From NCBI GenBank assembly GCA_964019425.1, contig OZ025783.1:806001-870000 (forward strand): DNA of 64,000 nucleotides, in the 5' to 3' direction. The notes beneath the pieces are model-generated. The model was not told the origin of the DNA, made no database searches, and saw nothing but the letters and a program-made list of their open reading frames with translations. The position numbers and the translations under genes are program-made. Below are positions 12,601 through 26,018 of the stretch, in pieces. Source of the DNA: Flectonema sp. DT1601. Taxonomy: Eukaryota. Within the stretch, counting starts at the first letter, position 1. Every line of letters begins with the position of its first letter.

Positions 12601-15600
12601 TTGTAGAACTCTTTGATTTAACCCTTCATTTCTGCTTATTTTTTCTTTCACTGGTTCATATGTGTTTTCTTTATGTGAAGCACTCTTGTGGCTTCAATTC
12701 TCAGACATGTCCAGTAGTTTAGACGCACACATCTTTTTTGTGAAGTGAATTTGCGCTACCTGGTCATATCTCGTATTCCTATGTGCTTTCATTACTGCCT
12801 GTTATTCTTTTCTTGTTACACGAAATGTCTTGTGGTGTTTTGTAGTTTTGTGTCGCTCGTGTTATTATCTGTTTTTGTTGCCAATTTTAGCAAGTATTAG
12901 TTCTTGCTTTTTACTACTACCCACCCTATTAGAAACTTGCGCAGTTCCCTGAGGAAGGTTGTGGATAAGCAACCTCCCGATTACTATTGATTTGTAGTTC
13001 TTCTGCTAACCCGATATAGTTAGCTTGGATGGTTGCTATGCAATGGAGCACCCTATCTAGCTAGTTTTGCTTATGTACGTGTCAGAAATATTCTGGCACC
13101 GTTCCAGCTTTTATTTTAGATGGAAGGATAAAAAACTTCCTACTCTTTAACACCCTCTATATGACCGGACGATTACTAGTCCCGTGCATGCCTTACACTT
13201 TCGCGAAGGAAAAATGAAGCACAGAAAGGCAAGGATTGACTACAGCAGGAATCAATAATTCAAAAACATCTCACCACCACTGTGTATCGTCTTTCTTTCT
13301 ATCGTCTGTCTCTCGTGTAGAGATCAAGACACTGGAGTTTATTCTAGACCCGAATCACTAAGTGACTGCAAAGGAATGGATAACTTAACACTGTACATGG
13401 ATGTGTCCGTGACAGTTTTACTTTTCAGTCACGTGTGTGACTCTTAATCGCAAGCATTCTTTCCTAAAAAAGACTTTGCTAGGTAGATGAAAAGCTGCTT
13501 TAAGGCTTGCTTCGCGATCTAGTTTCTGCTGGCAGACCGTCAATTTGATGGCTTTGTGGCCAGACCCTTTCTCGTTATTCTTCACCTCGGTGAGTCCTTT
13601 TCCCATATTTTTGTTCTCAAGTTAAGAATTGTTTGTATTTTCTTATTATTTTCTTGTCATTCATTGATCACAAAGAAGTTTCTTCTCTTCCTCAAAACTT
13701 CTAAAAACCATATACCACATATAATCCTTTTTTTCCTGAAGTGGTAAAATCAACAATCTAAGAACCAACGGGTTTAGTGTTATGGTGCTGTTGGTCTTAT
13801 TTCTTCCCCTACCGTCCTTATTTTTGTGTTGTATTTACATTATTCTTTATTGTATCTATGACTGTATCTTTCTCTGCTGTATGTTATCGCCGAATTTTGC
13901 TTCGCGATGCTTCTTTAAATTGGTTTTGTTTTTTCTGTTTTATTTTTGTTATGGTTGTCTCGTGTTTCATTGTATGGAAATGTGAAATCTTGCTCCGTTT
14001 TTTTTTTTTTTTTTTTTTTCCATGTCACCAGTGAACCTAATTATAGGAAACGGCACTAGGATTGGGTCCTCTGTCGCTATGAGTTACCCGTATCACATCA
14101 TACAGCAACGTTGAAAAGATAAAAATAACCCGCTACAATAGCTAATACTAACTAGGACGGTATTGATTGATTATTTTTTTGTTTGGAAATACTTTCCAAA
14201 AAAAAAAAAAAAAACATAACTGATAAATATTTTTGTTAGTTACTATTCAGTGAGCTGAATGCTACTTGATTTTTTCACTTACGTTATCTTTTTATTCTAA
14301 ATGTACGTTTTATATACTCTTATTGCTTTCAAATAGCATGTAAACTCGTTGATTTTCTTTTTATGATTTCTATCAGCGTATGAGTTATTCTTTTTTCTTT
14401 CTTTTTTTTTCATGCACTAGCAAAGCCATTAAAGCTGTTGTTTTTATGCATCACGTAGCAGAGAACTTGCTGTACAGTGGTATGTGCCTTGTTGATTGAG
14501 TCAATCGTGTTTAGTCGAGATTGGCCTAACTTAGTTCGTTAAGCCCTGGTGCTGTTTGGCATTTTTTTGTGGTAAATTATTATTATTTTCTTGTTTTGCA
14601 GTTGGAAGAGAAAGCAGAAAGTCTCTGTCTTTCTCAACCACTATAGTGATATATTTTGTGCTCTCCTCTTCATAGTCTCCATGCGTTTTCTTCTGATGTT
14701 TATCTTAGTTTTTTTTTTAATTTTTTTTTTAAAGTCTTTCTAATTTGTTCTCTGGTGGTCAAAGCTGTATCTTTCCCTGGGAACAGGGCTATTAATTTAC
14801 TTTGGTTTAGTTACTGATTGCAGCTTAAGTTGCAACTATAGAATTTTCACAAGACTCTAGCGGTAGCCCTGCATTTTTAGGATGACAGTCCTTTGACTTC
14901 TTTTTTTTAATAAAATATAATTCTTTCCTTTCTGAACTGAAGTGTAAATAATTCCATTCAGTTTCTTTCTTTAGTTTTATTCTTCTCCTTCTTCTTCTTG
15001 TATGAAGCAAACGCCGAACCCTTAGTTAATAATAATCTTGGGCGGTATTTGTGAGAAATCACAGTGTCAAGTGTTATACTCTCGTGGTTAGATCCTTGCT
15101 CGACTTTACAAGTCATCCATAAATACTTGCTCTGTGCTGTTGTAGAGAGCAAAGTCTAATGTGGGATGTCAAGCGAAGTCTGTATGGTGTGCAGGGCAAT
15201 ACATGTGTGTATTGGATTAAAAATTGGTTAAAATTAAAGCAACTGAGGTACCTTGAAACGGAACGTGTTGCAGTCATGTGACACGGATACTGACTGAGTT
15301 TCTCTCTTGCTGAACTCTCTCACAGTCGGAATTATAAGTTTTTTATATCTACATCCTTATCCTACTTAGCCTCCTTTCTACTCTCAACCGCGTGAGTTGG
15401 GGAAACAGTTTACGTTCCGACGTCAGTCATTCTTTCTCCACCTCTATAGCGGCTTGTTCGCTTTATGGTGTGGCTCCCAACTGGTGAACCCAACAATGAA
15501 GCAGGGGGTAATTCTCCTCCATTATATCTCCAGAATAATCCTCCTATTATCCCCTTTTTTCCCCCTCTAAGTTACAATAAAGAAGAGCGCATCATTTAAC

Positions 15601-18600
15601 AAATAAACACTAACAAACAAGAAAAAAAAAAGTGGAGAAGACGAATTAGTGTCTGCTTTACGCCAGCTGGGTGATGTAATTAATCCAGCCTTGGCTGATA
15701 GTGCTCTTGTATGACATTTTTTCTCTCCTTAACACCCACGGATAATTAAAGGTCGTGGAGATAAAACAATAAGCTGGCCTGTAGCGCTGCTTACATAATC
15801 AACCTTTGTAAAAAAGAAAACTGTGTCATAATTACTGGAGTAAGAAAATATTCCTTTGCTGGCTCTCTTTGAATTTTTTTTCCCCACTCTTTTTTTTTCT
15901 TCTTTTTCTGGCTGACTAAATGGTTAATTTATGTCTCCTATTCTCTCAAGTGAGAATTTTAGGGATATAATACTGCTAACTAATAACGCAAACAAAACAA
16001 ATAAATAAAAGCACTAAAATAAAAAAATTACCCTTGAAGGCGTTGTTATTTGTCTGCTAAGCGGATAAAGGAACTCCCTGGGTAAGTGATCCTGATCAAT
16101 ATGTTATTAGTTGTCAGCATCTTTCCTTTACTTCTTTTTCTCAGTATTTTTAATATCTCTCTTCTTTGTTGTCTGGCATTATTTATACCTGTCCTTTGCA
16201 CGTGTAAGTGGTGACTTGCTGTTGAAAATATGAGTCCGAGTATCCTGAGATAGTTTTTAAAAAAAGAATCATCTAAACCGTTCAAGGTGGCATATTGAAA
16301 AGTGAGAAGACCAAAAACCCTTTCTAACATTTGTACACACACTAGCTGATTTCCTTGTCGGATTTGAAATTTCGCTTTGATTCATAAAGGGAATTACTTA
16401 CTTCAAGCACAACCAAATCTGTAGTCTCCTGCAATTATTATTAAAACATGGTTTATGTGATGCTGTCTTCTCAAGCAGCTCTGCTGTTTATTTGCGTGAT
16501 TAGTTTTTCTAAAGTTTGCAAAATTATGACTGCGACAAATCTTAGATTTTCCTCTCGCAACTATGACGTCCCAAGTGGTAGCATAAGCGTTAGTAATTAT
16601 CATTTATTTTTCATTCAGTATTTTCTTAGTTTTATTATTTATTTTTACTCTATAATGCTTCATCATTCTTTTTCTCTTTCCTTTTATTTATTTCTGAAAC
16701 TTCGGTGTCGTTCTCCACGTAGTTGGGTGCCTTGATAATCAATACATCGATTTGTAAAAATTGTTCTACCCTATTGTGGTAGAGTCTCACAGATGTGTAG
16801 TATCGAATGTCTGGTATCAATGTCATTTAAGATTGGAGATAGACTTCCCCGAATGATAGTCGGTAATGGTCGAGAACCCCAATTGATTTTATTGAGAGTC
16901 CTTAAGTCTCCTTTCAGTTTTGTGCTGCTTAGGTTCCTTACCTCAAGCCTTCGAATCAAAGAAAAAAAGAAAAATAAAATTGTTATTACCATTTTTTATT
17001 ATTTTTTTCCCCCCGTCACTGCCTTTTTGTCCTTTTGCTCGATTATTGTTTTTTTTTGTCTGATGGATTATATCTTTGATATAATCCATCTAAGCAACCT
17101 TCGAAGTCGGAAGAATTATCTCGCTTGTTGGTTGGGAATGGGAAACCACCAAACCTCAGCTTTGGTGTTGAGTTGAGTGAGAGAATTGGGTTCTGTTAAA
17201 TGCAGAACTTGTAACCCTTATCTAATCTTGTTAGATTGGAGGTCATTGATCGATTTCGTAGTTTAAAAACTTGTACTTGCACCCATCGCAGGCTTGCGTT
17301 GATGTTTCATTTCGATTCGCAGCTCAACTGGGATGCAAAAAAAAATAGCTTTACTGTCACAATAGCCCCTGAGTTATTTAAACCAATGTGAATAATTCAC
17401 AGGTACAGCAAACAGTACTGTGGAATGGCTGAATACTTAAAACTGATTTTGTTTGCACATCCTTAACGAGCGAGTTCCTCCTCTGAACCTTTTTGTTTTA
17501 GTTTTTCCTTGATTTCCCTAAATACTTGCCACTTGAAGTCGTCTTGTCTGTTTTCGTGAATGAAACCTTTATCTTCATAAACTTCTTTTCAACTTTGGAA
17601 AAGACAGTCGACTGTCAGCTCACATTGGTGTGGCTTTGATTTTCTTCGTTGTAGTTTCCGAGCTCGATATCTTCTCATGCAGCTTTGGCATCTGAACTTT
17701 TTCCTCATTGTAGCACATGTTTCCTTATCCAAACATTTCGAGGTATCCCATCATAATATTTCTTCTTCAAAAGATGCAAACATTCGCGTGTTAAAAATAT
17801 TATAGCTAACGCACAGTCGCATGGTGCATATTGTAAGTCTGCTTTTTCTTTATTTATTTCCCCCCTTTTTTTTCTGTTATCTTAATATAATTATTCTTCA
17901 TTTATTGAATACTCATTAAGTGATTTGCTACTCTAGTCTCGCACATTGTTTTTGCCTTTTCTTTTGTTTCGATTCGAATTAAATACTGCTGTAGTGGTGT
18001 TGTAAATGCTTTTATAGTGTCATGTTGTTGGGGTTAGCCAATGCAATATTGTTCTCTACGCTGCTGTTGCAGCTTACCTGTGTTGACGAAAACAGGAGAC
18101 CCCCAAGATAAGAAGTGGTAGCTACGACATGAGTACTTCCAAGTCGCGCCACATGAGTCTCCCACTCTCAGTAGCAAACAGATGTAGTGTACCTATCCCT
18201 TGCAACTTTTTGGATTTCAAATTCATATTTATCTCTTGGCTTCTTACTGCTCGTTACTATATTTCCTTTTGTATTTTTGTACATTTCACGTGTATTCGCT
18301 TTGCTTGAAGGAATTATATTCAAAAAGAAAAAAGAAAAAAAAGACTGCGCACATGTTTGTTTGGAACTTAAGAGAAATATCTGAAAGGGCACTTCAAAAT
18401 TGTTGTGTTTTCTCACGGGTAGATGCCTTGCCACTTTCTATAGTTTAGTTTATGTTATCGTTGCAACACTGGCCTCTCTGTTGCTTACGAAGTACAAAGA
18501 GTTGGTCCTCTTTTGAAGCGTTAGTGCATTCGAACCGTCGAAGGACAAATCTCTTTGCGAGTTCGTTTCTTGTTGGCATTCGTTGTCGCCAATTGTGTTT

Positions 18601-19298
18601 TCCGTTCATATTTACAGCTATTGTGGGAATGGGACACCCATGCTCACAAAGTAATTATTCCTTTCCCCGCTGGCGCTATTTCATTTTATTACTTTTTTGC
18701 GCTTGGTTGAGAAGTATTTCATATTTGTGGCTGCTCTTTGGCGCCTTAGTCCATTTGTGATCGCACTATTCGGTGTGTTCTCACTTACTGGGCGTTTCAC
18801 TCTTTCCCACTTAATGGCTCTGCCAGTAGGTAGTACCTTGGTGCCCGAGGCCTTTCGGCATTTAGGGATAAGTACATTACTAATAAAATGTGTGAGAGAA
18901 AATGAGTGAGTACGCTAGCCTAGAGCCTTTTCTTTTCAAGTAGAAATCCAAGAAAAAGCAACTGCTTCGCAGTACATGCGATAGGGTTGTTTTTTTGAGA
19001 GCTTTAGTTGAGTCTAATCGCGCGTTGTTTTTTTTTTCCTCCGTAAATATTCCCCTGCCCCCTTTTTTTGATCATTTTCCCGTTCCCTTCATTTCTGTCT
19101 TTCTCGGCACTCCAATTATTTGTTCACCATCAGTGTTACTATTTAAGCTGGGATGTGTCGTGTTGCTTTAGTCTAGTTTTTCGCTTCCCATCCGGAATCA
19201 CTTACTACTATTTTATAATAATTGCTTCCCCTTGGCAATGTTGTTTTATTTATTTTATCCCTCCTTCGCTTCTCCCTTTTTTTAATTTTTTTTTTTTA

Positions 19299-19400
19299 TA
19301 CCTACAAACCCATTGTTCGGTAGAAAGAGAATTGTGGCGGCGTAACTAACCTATTCCTTTATTAGGATTTTGTACTGGTTGCGCACAATTAAAAAATAAA
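19299..19400 (-). repeat. Dispersed repeat copy A (about 100 bp, adjacent to poly-T)
   Basis: tacaaacccattgttcggtagaaagagaattgtggcggcgtaactaacctattcctttattaggattttgta aligns with 44510-44612. Confidence 0.85.
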
Positions 19401-22400
19401 AGGAAGCTTTTATTTCTGCAAAATGCTTTTTTCTGTATATTTTGCTGCTAAGTTCACTTTACAAAAAGGGTCGTTGGAATTTGTTATTTTATATGCATAA
19501 CGGCGTTAAACTAATAATGTAGGGGAGCTATTAATCTGAGTAAGTGAAATTATCTTTTTTTATTCCCATTTTCTTTTTGTGTAGCTACCCTTTTCCCTTG
19601 AATAAAAATGCGAGCCATTCAGTTTCCCCTCCCATTTTTTTTTTTTTTTTTTTTGATTCTTTCTTATTATTCAACGAGGCAATGTGTTGTTAAATAACTA
19701 GAAAGGTTTGATGGGCGCTGGCGAAAGATTGTTTCTATGACCGATATCGCCTCTTTTTAGTAAATAAATCTGATATTCCTGTCCCCTGTTTTTCTCCAGG
19801 AGTATGTTGTAGTTTAAACCTTTTGATTAGTAACAAACTAACTAATACTCTTACTTTGTGACATGTACATTGCTATGCAGCAAAACCTTCCTGCATTGTG
19901 AATTTTGTCTTCCTTTCCTGTCTAACTGCTTGCATTTGTGATTGACGTTGGGTTGGGGAAGAATATAAGGTGATGCGTTTTTGGTAACATCTCAGGCTAA
20001 GTTCATGAAGAAAAGAAATGCTTTCTGATTGCCGGACTGCTTGTTTGTCAATCTAACCTATGAGGTGAAATGAAAAAAGAAATTCTCACCCAAAAAGTGT
20101 CGAACAACAAGTCATAAATGAAACGAGCAACAGCGTACACGTATCAGTGCTTTACATATGTTAAGCTCTTTGAACTTTCATTTCCGTCAGTTTTATGCCT
20201 GACCTTTCAGTGGTTCCATCTGGTACTCATTATAGCTATTAATGGCGGATTTTGCTTTTCTTTCTTAACTCGTGTTGACTGATTCATTCTAACTTTCTCA
20301 CTTTACGAATGGATCGCTCTCTGAGAAAGCGATCGGAAGTGCTTCTTTCCGAGAAACTTGAATGAGCCGCTACCATAAATATCACAAAGAAGTACACAAA
20401 TATCGTCCGAATGTGAGGAATAGTCAGATAGTTGCCACGAGCCATTTTATTGTCTCGGCAGCAAAATTTGTTTGGCGGGCAAACAGCTTCTCCATGTGAC
20501 CTTACACCCAAATTCTGCTTAATATTATTAGCCTTCATGTTCGAAACTCAGTATGCAGAAGTGTTTCTTAACAGCTGCTTTGATTTTACATGCGGGCTTA
20601 TTTACGATCATTTCATTAGTGGAACACAAGCAACGTCAATGTGTCAGTAGATAACAATCCCGTTGTCATTTATTTTTTTCGTTGCTTTTTCTAAAGTCAA
20701 CTTGTGTACGATAACGGATTTGCCTTTTTTTTTGTGTTTTTGGCCCTAAGAAGTCGTTTGCTGATGGTTGAATGGTATTGAATGCTCTAAGAGGAAACCG
20801 CAAACTATTGGAGAAGATAATAGGCCCGGGCAACCAAACAGTTTTTTTTTTCCTTTGCGAGTGTAAAAATCGAAGTTATAAGCCACTTACGTCTATCATC
20901 CGTACAATCTGTAAAGAATTTTTGAGGGGATTTATGTTTCGTTAACTATTGCTTTACCATGTTCAATGGCAGCTGGTCTTGTTTTTTTTTTATTGTTCAG
21001 AAAAATGAATAAGCTAAAAACAGCTTTTCCCCCAGTTTTAGCAACAGAGGAAGCCTTGGCACCTGACAGAAGGATTGGCGAAGTCTAACCCCGTCTTGCG
21101 ACCCCACGAGTCGAAGATAGGCGGTTAGGCTTCTTGCAATCAGTCATCTTTAGTGGCACTGCCCTTTCCTTTCACAGCAGATTTTTGGTTTCCTGTCATT
21201 TAATGTCATCGGAACGAGGGACATATTTGTTCTTTTTTTAAATTTTTTTGTTTTGTTTTTTACGTACAACACATTTTTAGGAGTCAAGAGAAAGTTGCTG
21301 ACAGCGAGAATCCAATCCGTGGAGCAAAACGATTCATTCCGTTGGACAAATATTTTCCGCTTTGCACGAGTAGTTTATGCACTTCTAATCCATTTTTTTC
21401 CCTAATCCCAAACCCTATTTTGCGACAATTAAACATTTCAATATTTTACAAGGATGGCGAATCTCGTCTTTGATTTCCGTGCCGCGTATCTTGTATTCCT
21501 AGATACTTTAAGAGGCCGCATGGGAGTAGTGCCTTCCTTTCGTTTTTTTCCTCCACAATGTTAACAGTGTGCTTTGGTTGGTTATACTGTCGGTAAACTC
21601 AACGCATCGTCCTTGTGGGATGGACGGAAATGCTTCTTCCCATTTCTGAAACAAGTCATGGCGATAATTCTTTTTCAGCTTATCACTCTATAGTTACCAA
21701 TCTAGTGATTGTGAATAACTGTGGAGTTGATATCTGTTAGAGACTGCTGACAACGGGAATGGGGGAAAAAAAGAGAAAAGAAAAAAAAAAGAAAAACGTA
21801 CAACAAGAATCCCTTGCAACTGCAGGGGAAACGAGTAACAGCGAAAGATAAGAGAGGAAAGTAAAAACAAGCCGGAATTCTGGTGCTTATCAACCACAGT
21901 GCAACCTGTATTGTATTAGAAGTCTTGCAGGCAATTAGTGTGCAAGGACTCAGTACACAAGGAGCTCGGTTGTTGTGGTCATTTGATTGGTATAATATTG
22001 TGTGAATTCACTGTCGTGACTTTTTATATTGTCTTCGCTGTTTTCTTAATATGATTTTTTTTTTCCCCTCCCTTTTTGTTTCATTCTTTCTCTCAAAAGG
22101 CCAATCCGCCATAAAGAAAGAATTCATCGTAGTTCTTCTCATACTGCCACTAACATCCTTATTTCCCGGTAAGCAAAACTAGAAGAAATTGTTGATTTAG
22201 CGGTGAGAAGAATAATAGGTTTTGCCGTGCATCTTGTTATGTATCAAGAGAGCAGTTAAACCGTTGCCAGATTCATAGTATTTGCTTGGATTGCTTATGA
22301 AGGGTACTTTCTTAAAATGCAAGCCAATATCGTACGCGCTATCCCCATTGGGACAATATTACAAAAAAAAAAAAAAAAAAAAAAAAACTTAAAAATCGTT

Positions 22401-24136
22401 ATAACACTACCCCCGCATTTTTCGTTGTAGAACTGTCTTGCAAGTTCTTGTGTTGGAACGGGGGGTAGAAAATATTTAGTTTTGTTTGCTTTTTTCCTCT
22501 CAAGGAAGAACGTCGACGGATATTCATGCAGAACTTGCAATTTTAAAAAAAAGAAAATCGGGAAAAAAATCTTTTTTCTTCTGAAAACCTCTCTTGATAG
22601 TATAGTATAATTTACCATTATTTATATTTTTTTATGTGAAGATCCTTTTTTTTTGTGCGTGTTTTTTTTTTTTCTATTTTATGTTATCCTTGTTATTTTT
22701 TCTTCCCGTAGCAACGTGAAGGCTCTACTAACAGACCTATTCTATTATGCAGAGATTTGTTGGCAACTCGCAAAATTCATGCTTTTGGCTGTACCTTGTG
22801 ATTTACTTTGGTCAACAAGAAAGCTAAACCTGGTCTGAAAACTTTTGGTGGGAGGATCAACTCAAAAAAACAACGAGAAATAAAATAGTAAACTGACGCA
22901 TTTGGTGTTGCTTCAGCAATGACAAAATTAAAAAAAAAAAATATTTTAGTTCATCATATTATGGTTAACAACTAAGTAGATATTGATCGAGCTGTTCGAA
23001 TCCAGTTTCATCGCCTTTTAGCTACCTTTCCCGCCCTTTTGCGATATTGCAGTGATCCCTATTAACCAAATTTATTACCAACCATTTTATCCAATATTCT
23101 CCTAGATTGGGCAAATCTATTGCCCCAACAAATACCGTTACAACAAGAAACAAGCACCTGATTGCCAAAAGCTGACTTTTATCTGCTCAGGTAGTTTGCT
23201 AAGAACGAAAAAAAAAAGCAGAAAAAAAAAAAAAAAAAAGGGCTGGAGTGAAAAAAAAAAAGTAAAATTAAACTGTTGCAAGTATCAACAGGCAACCATG
23301 TAGCGCTAAGCCCGGTTCTTTATTACCTAAATGAAAGAATGTTGCAAGGAAACCTAAAATTACATGTCTGACTGGATACAACGCTACCAACACATGTATC
23401 TAAGATGCGATTGCATCAACAAAAAAAAAAGAATAATAAAAAAAAAATAAAAAAAAAAAAGAGTGAAAAAAAAAAAAAAATTAAATTAAATTAAACAAGA
23501 TGATGATGAAAAAAGAACTAATATGACCAGTTTTTTTTTTTTTTTAAAACTACTTATTTTATTTGTCGAAATTTGGAGCGACGCGTAAATGTAATAAGCA
23601 CTTCTTCACGCGCCTTGTGCAGCGTTGCAAACCCGGCAATCTTTGAAGAGCACTATAGAGATAATACTCCGTTTGTTGTTTGTTTGTATGCATCGCCAAG
23701 AAACCGAACCCTCCTTTCGTTCACCTGAAAGATTGCGAACGGTTCATAATATTTTCGAAAAGGAAAAAAAAGAAAAAGTTTCAGGAATTTAGAAAAGAAA
23801 AGAATTAAAAAAAAAAACGACCAAGAGATACCAGAAGGGTGAATAGTATCCAATCATCTACCAATTTGACTTAGTTACGAAAAACTTGGTTAAATTGCCG
23901 CGGCATTCGACCAACGGAACGAACAGCACCTCTCAACTGAAACGAAAAGGTTGCGGGGGAAAAAAAAAAAAAAAGAAAGAAAGAAAACTGATTTTGATTT
24001 CTTGTTCGCACCAAGCTGCGTAAAGGTATTTGTGTAATTATAGAACTGTTTTATATAACTTTATTGTTTTTAGACAGGAACACATACAAATCAATGTGTT
24101 AAGCTAAGCCCACAGGGTTTATAAATTCTTGTGGAA

Positions 24137-24216
24137 CAAATCAACTGTAAGCCCCCTATTAGCCCCTAATAGCAAATCAACTGTAAGCCCCCTATTAGCT
24201 CCTAATAGCAAATCAA
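24137..24216 (+). repeat. 36-bp tandem duplication (2 copies plus an 8-bp partial) upstream of the elongase ATG
   Basis: caaatcaactgtaagccccctattagcccctaatag (24137-24172) and caaatcaactgtaagccccctattagctcctaatag (24173-24208), one mismatch, followed by caaatcaa. Confidence 0.95.
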
Positions 24217-24221
24217 AAAAA

Positions 24222-25058
24222 ATGGAAAATTTAGATGTCGAGCTAATGATGATGAAGGGTGTAGATTTTGTTGAGAACTTTGATTGTCATCCATCATTTG
24301 AGTGGGTGAAAGGTAATCAAATGGTACCTTGTGTTACAGTGGCGGGGTACTTGGTGATTGTAATTCTTTACAAGTCCCTTGGATTAGAAGGAAAAGGATT
24401 TCAGGGATCGTTTGCAAAATTATTACAATTCTTTTGGAATTCGATGCTTGCAGTTTTTAGTTGTGCTGGCGCTGCTGTTTGTATTCCCTACTTGTTCGAT
24501 ACGATGAAGAGAACATCACTTGCGACTATTATATGCAGTGACTCAGGAATGTGGGAAGGATCAAATGCTTCTTGTTATGGTGCGATGGGATTCTTTATGA
24601 CAGCTTTCATGTTTTCAAAGTTCCCTGAACTTGGTGACACATTTCTTCTGATGTTGATGGGTCGTAAAGTAGTAGTACTTCAGTGGTATCATCACGCAAC
24701 TGTTTTACTTTACTGTTGGTTTGCATACGCAACAGCTACTCCCAACGCAATGCTATTTGGAACTTTAAACTATATTGTTCATTCAGTGATGTATACGTAC
24801 TTTGCTGTTTCCTGCTACTCCGGAATCCTCTCTCCGATCAGAAAACTAATTACTCTTCTGCAATTGTCACAGATGGCAATCGGTCTTGCCCTTAACGTGT
24901 ACACTTATTACCTCGTTCAGAATGGTACTTGTTCGGAGACATATTCACCAACATACTTCATGGCTTGTAGTATGTTGTACGCATCTTACTTTGTGTTGTT
25001 TCTGAAACTCTACCTTGACAACTCGAAGAGAGGAAACCGAAAAAACAAGAAAGAATAA
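24222..25058 (+). CDS. Fatty acid elongase (ELO/GNS1/SUR4 family, ELOVL6-like), 278 aa
   Basis: Motifs KFPELGDT, LQWYHHATVLLYCW, NYIVHSVMYTYF and ITLLQLSQM; several hydrophobic helices; C-terminal KxKxx (KNKKE). The first in-frame ATG is at 24222; the ORF-track start at 24129 is a TTG just upstream of a UTR duplication. Confidence 0.93.
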   Translation: MENLDVELMMMKGVDFVENFDCHPSFEWVKGNQMVPCVTVAGYLVIVILYKSLGLEGKGFQGSFAKLLQFFWNSMLAVFSCAGAAVCIPYLFDTMKRTSLATIICSDSGMWEGSNASCYGAMGFFMTAFMFSKFPELGDTFLLMLMGRKVVVLQWYHHATVLLYCWFAYATATPNAMLFGTLNYIVHSVMYTYFAVSCYSGILSPIRKLITLLQLSQMAIGLALNVYTYYLVQNGTCSETYSPTYFMACSMLYASYFVLFLKLYLDNSKRGNRKNKKE

Positions 25059-25313
25059 GATCACCTGTTTGTCTCTCTTTTAGTTTCAGATTAGAAATAT
25101 AAAGGAAATCTTTTTCTAGTGCTCCCTTGCTCTCGACATCGGATCATTGAGAACCGAGACATTAATGTACTTGAAGAGAATGCTGCTTTGCAGTGTGAAT
25201 GTTACTCAACTCTTCACAGGTGAAGTTACTACGACAATTGGTAACTAAGTTAATAGGTAAGATTATTTTTTTGAACCGACAGCATATTATTACTAATTAT
25301 CATCTATCCAGTA

Positions 25314-26018
25314 ATGCAAGATGACGATACAGAGATTGAATGCAGGATTTGTCGGGACACAGAAGGAGAAATGGTGTCACCCTGCTTGTGTAGAGGAAGT
25401 ATGGAGTACGTACATGAGAAGTGTATGTACGAGTGGGTAAAGACAAAATGGAGAAGTCATGGAACGTACGGTAAATGTGAAGTTTGTCAACAACCAATAG
25501 AATTTGTTGTTGGAGGGTTGGACTTCTTTCTGTTTCCATATAACGAAACATCGAGAGCACCAGGTGAGAGTTCTCTAGCAGCAATTCTCGTTGTTTCTGT
25601 ATTGGCATCAACTACTGGATTCCTTATTAGTACAGTCAGTGAGTTGATTGATACAAATCTGTGGAGTGTAGTCGTTCGATGGATATTATCGCCAATCGTT
25701 GTTGGTGTTAAGTTTTTATTTTTTTATCTTTGGTGGCGCGACTCGCAACCTCCTTTGCTCGTTAGACTGCTGTGTAAGATATTCAACATATTTACAACAC
25801 TTGGGGAGGTGACTGTCATCTCATTCTTGACTAGTACTCAGATTACATGCGCGTCATTTGTTGACAGATCGACTCACCCAACGGAATTTCGAATTCTGAT
25901 GTTATTCTCAACTGTCTTAAACTACACTGCAATCGCCCTTCTTTTGAGAAGAGCAATTCTCAGCATGCATCGTCATGAAATTACGAGCGCCTCCAAGAGG
26001 AAACTCAAAAGGAGTTGA
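25314..26018 (+). CDS. MARCH-type RING-CH (RINGv) membrane E3 ubiquitin ligase, 234 aa
   Basis: CRIC..PCLCRGSMEYVHEKC..W..CEVC (C4HC3) at the N-terminus, followed by several hydrophobic segments. Confidence 0.9.
   Translation: MQDDDTEIECRICRDTEGEMVSPCLCRGSMEYVHEKCMYEWVKTKWRSHGTYGKCEVCQQPIEFVVGGLDFFLFPYNETSRAPGESSLAAILVVSVLASTTGFLISTVSELIDTNLWSVVVRWILSPIVVGVKFLFFYLWWRDSQPPLLVRLLCKIFNIFTTLGEVTVISFLTSTQITCASFVDRSTHPTEFRILMLFSTVLNYTAIALLLRRAILSMHRHEITSASKRKLKRS

Noticed and set aside
17540..17780. Minus-strand pseudogene-like purine-rich stretch (similar ones near 2860-3140 and 6060-6340)
   Set aside because: Multiple stops and no recognisable protein motif.
108..23853. Dozens of 60-127 aa ORFs on both strands
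   Set aside because: Mostly non-ATG starts, dominated by poly-F/poly-K from homopolymers, with no motifs and no coding-like composition.
24037..24066. Spliced-leader-like relic (attatagaactgttttatataactttattg) upstream of the elongase
   Set aside because: Needs several mismatches and gaps against recalled euglenozoan SL sequences in AT-rich context; not distinguishable from chance without the organism's SL.
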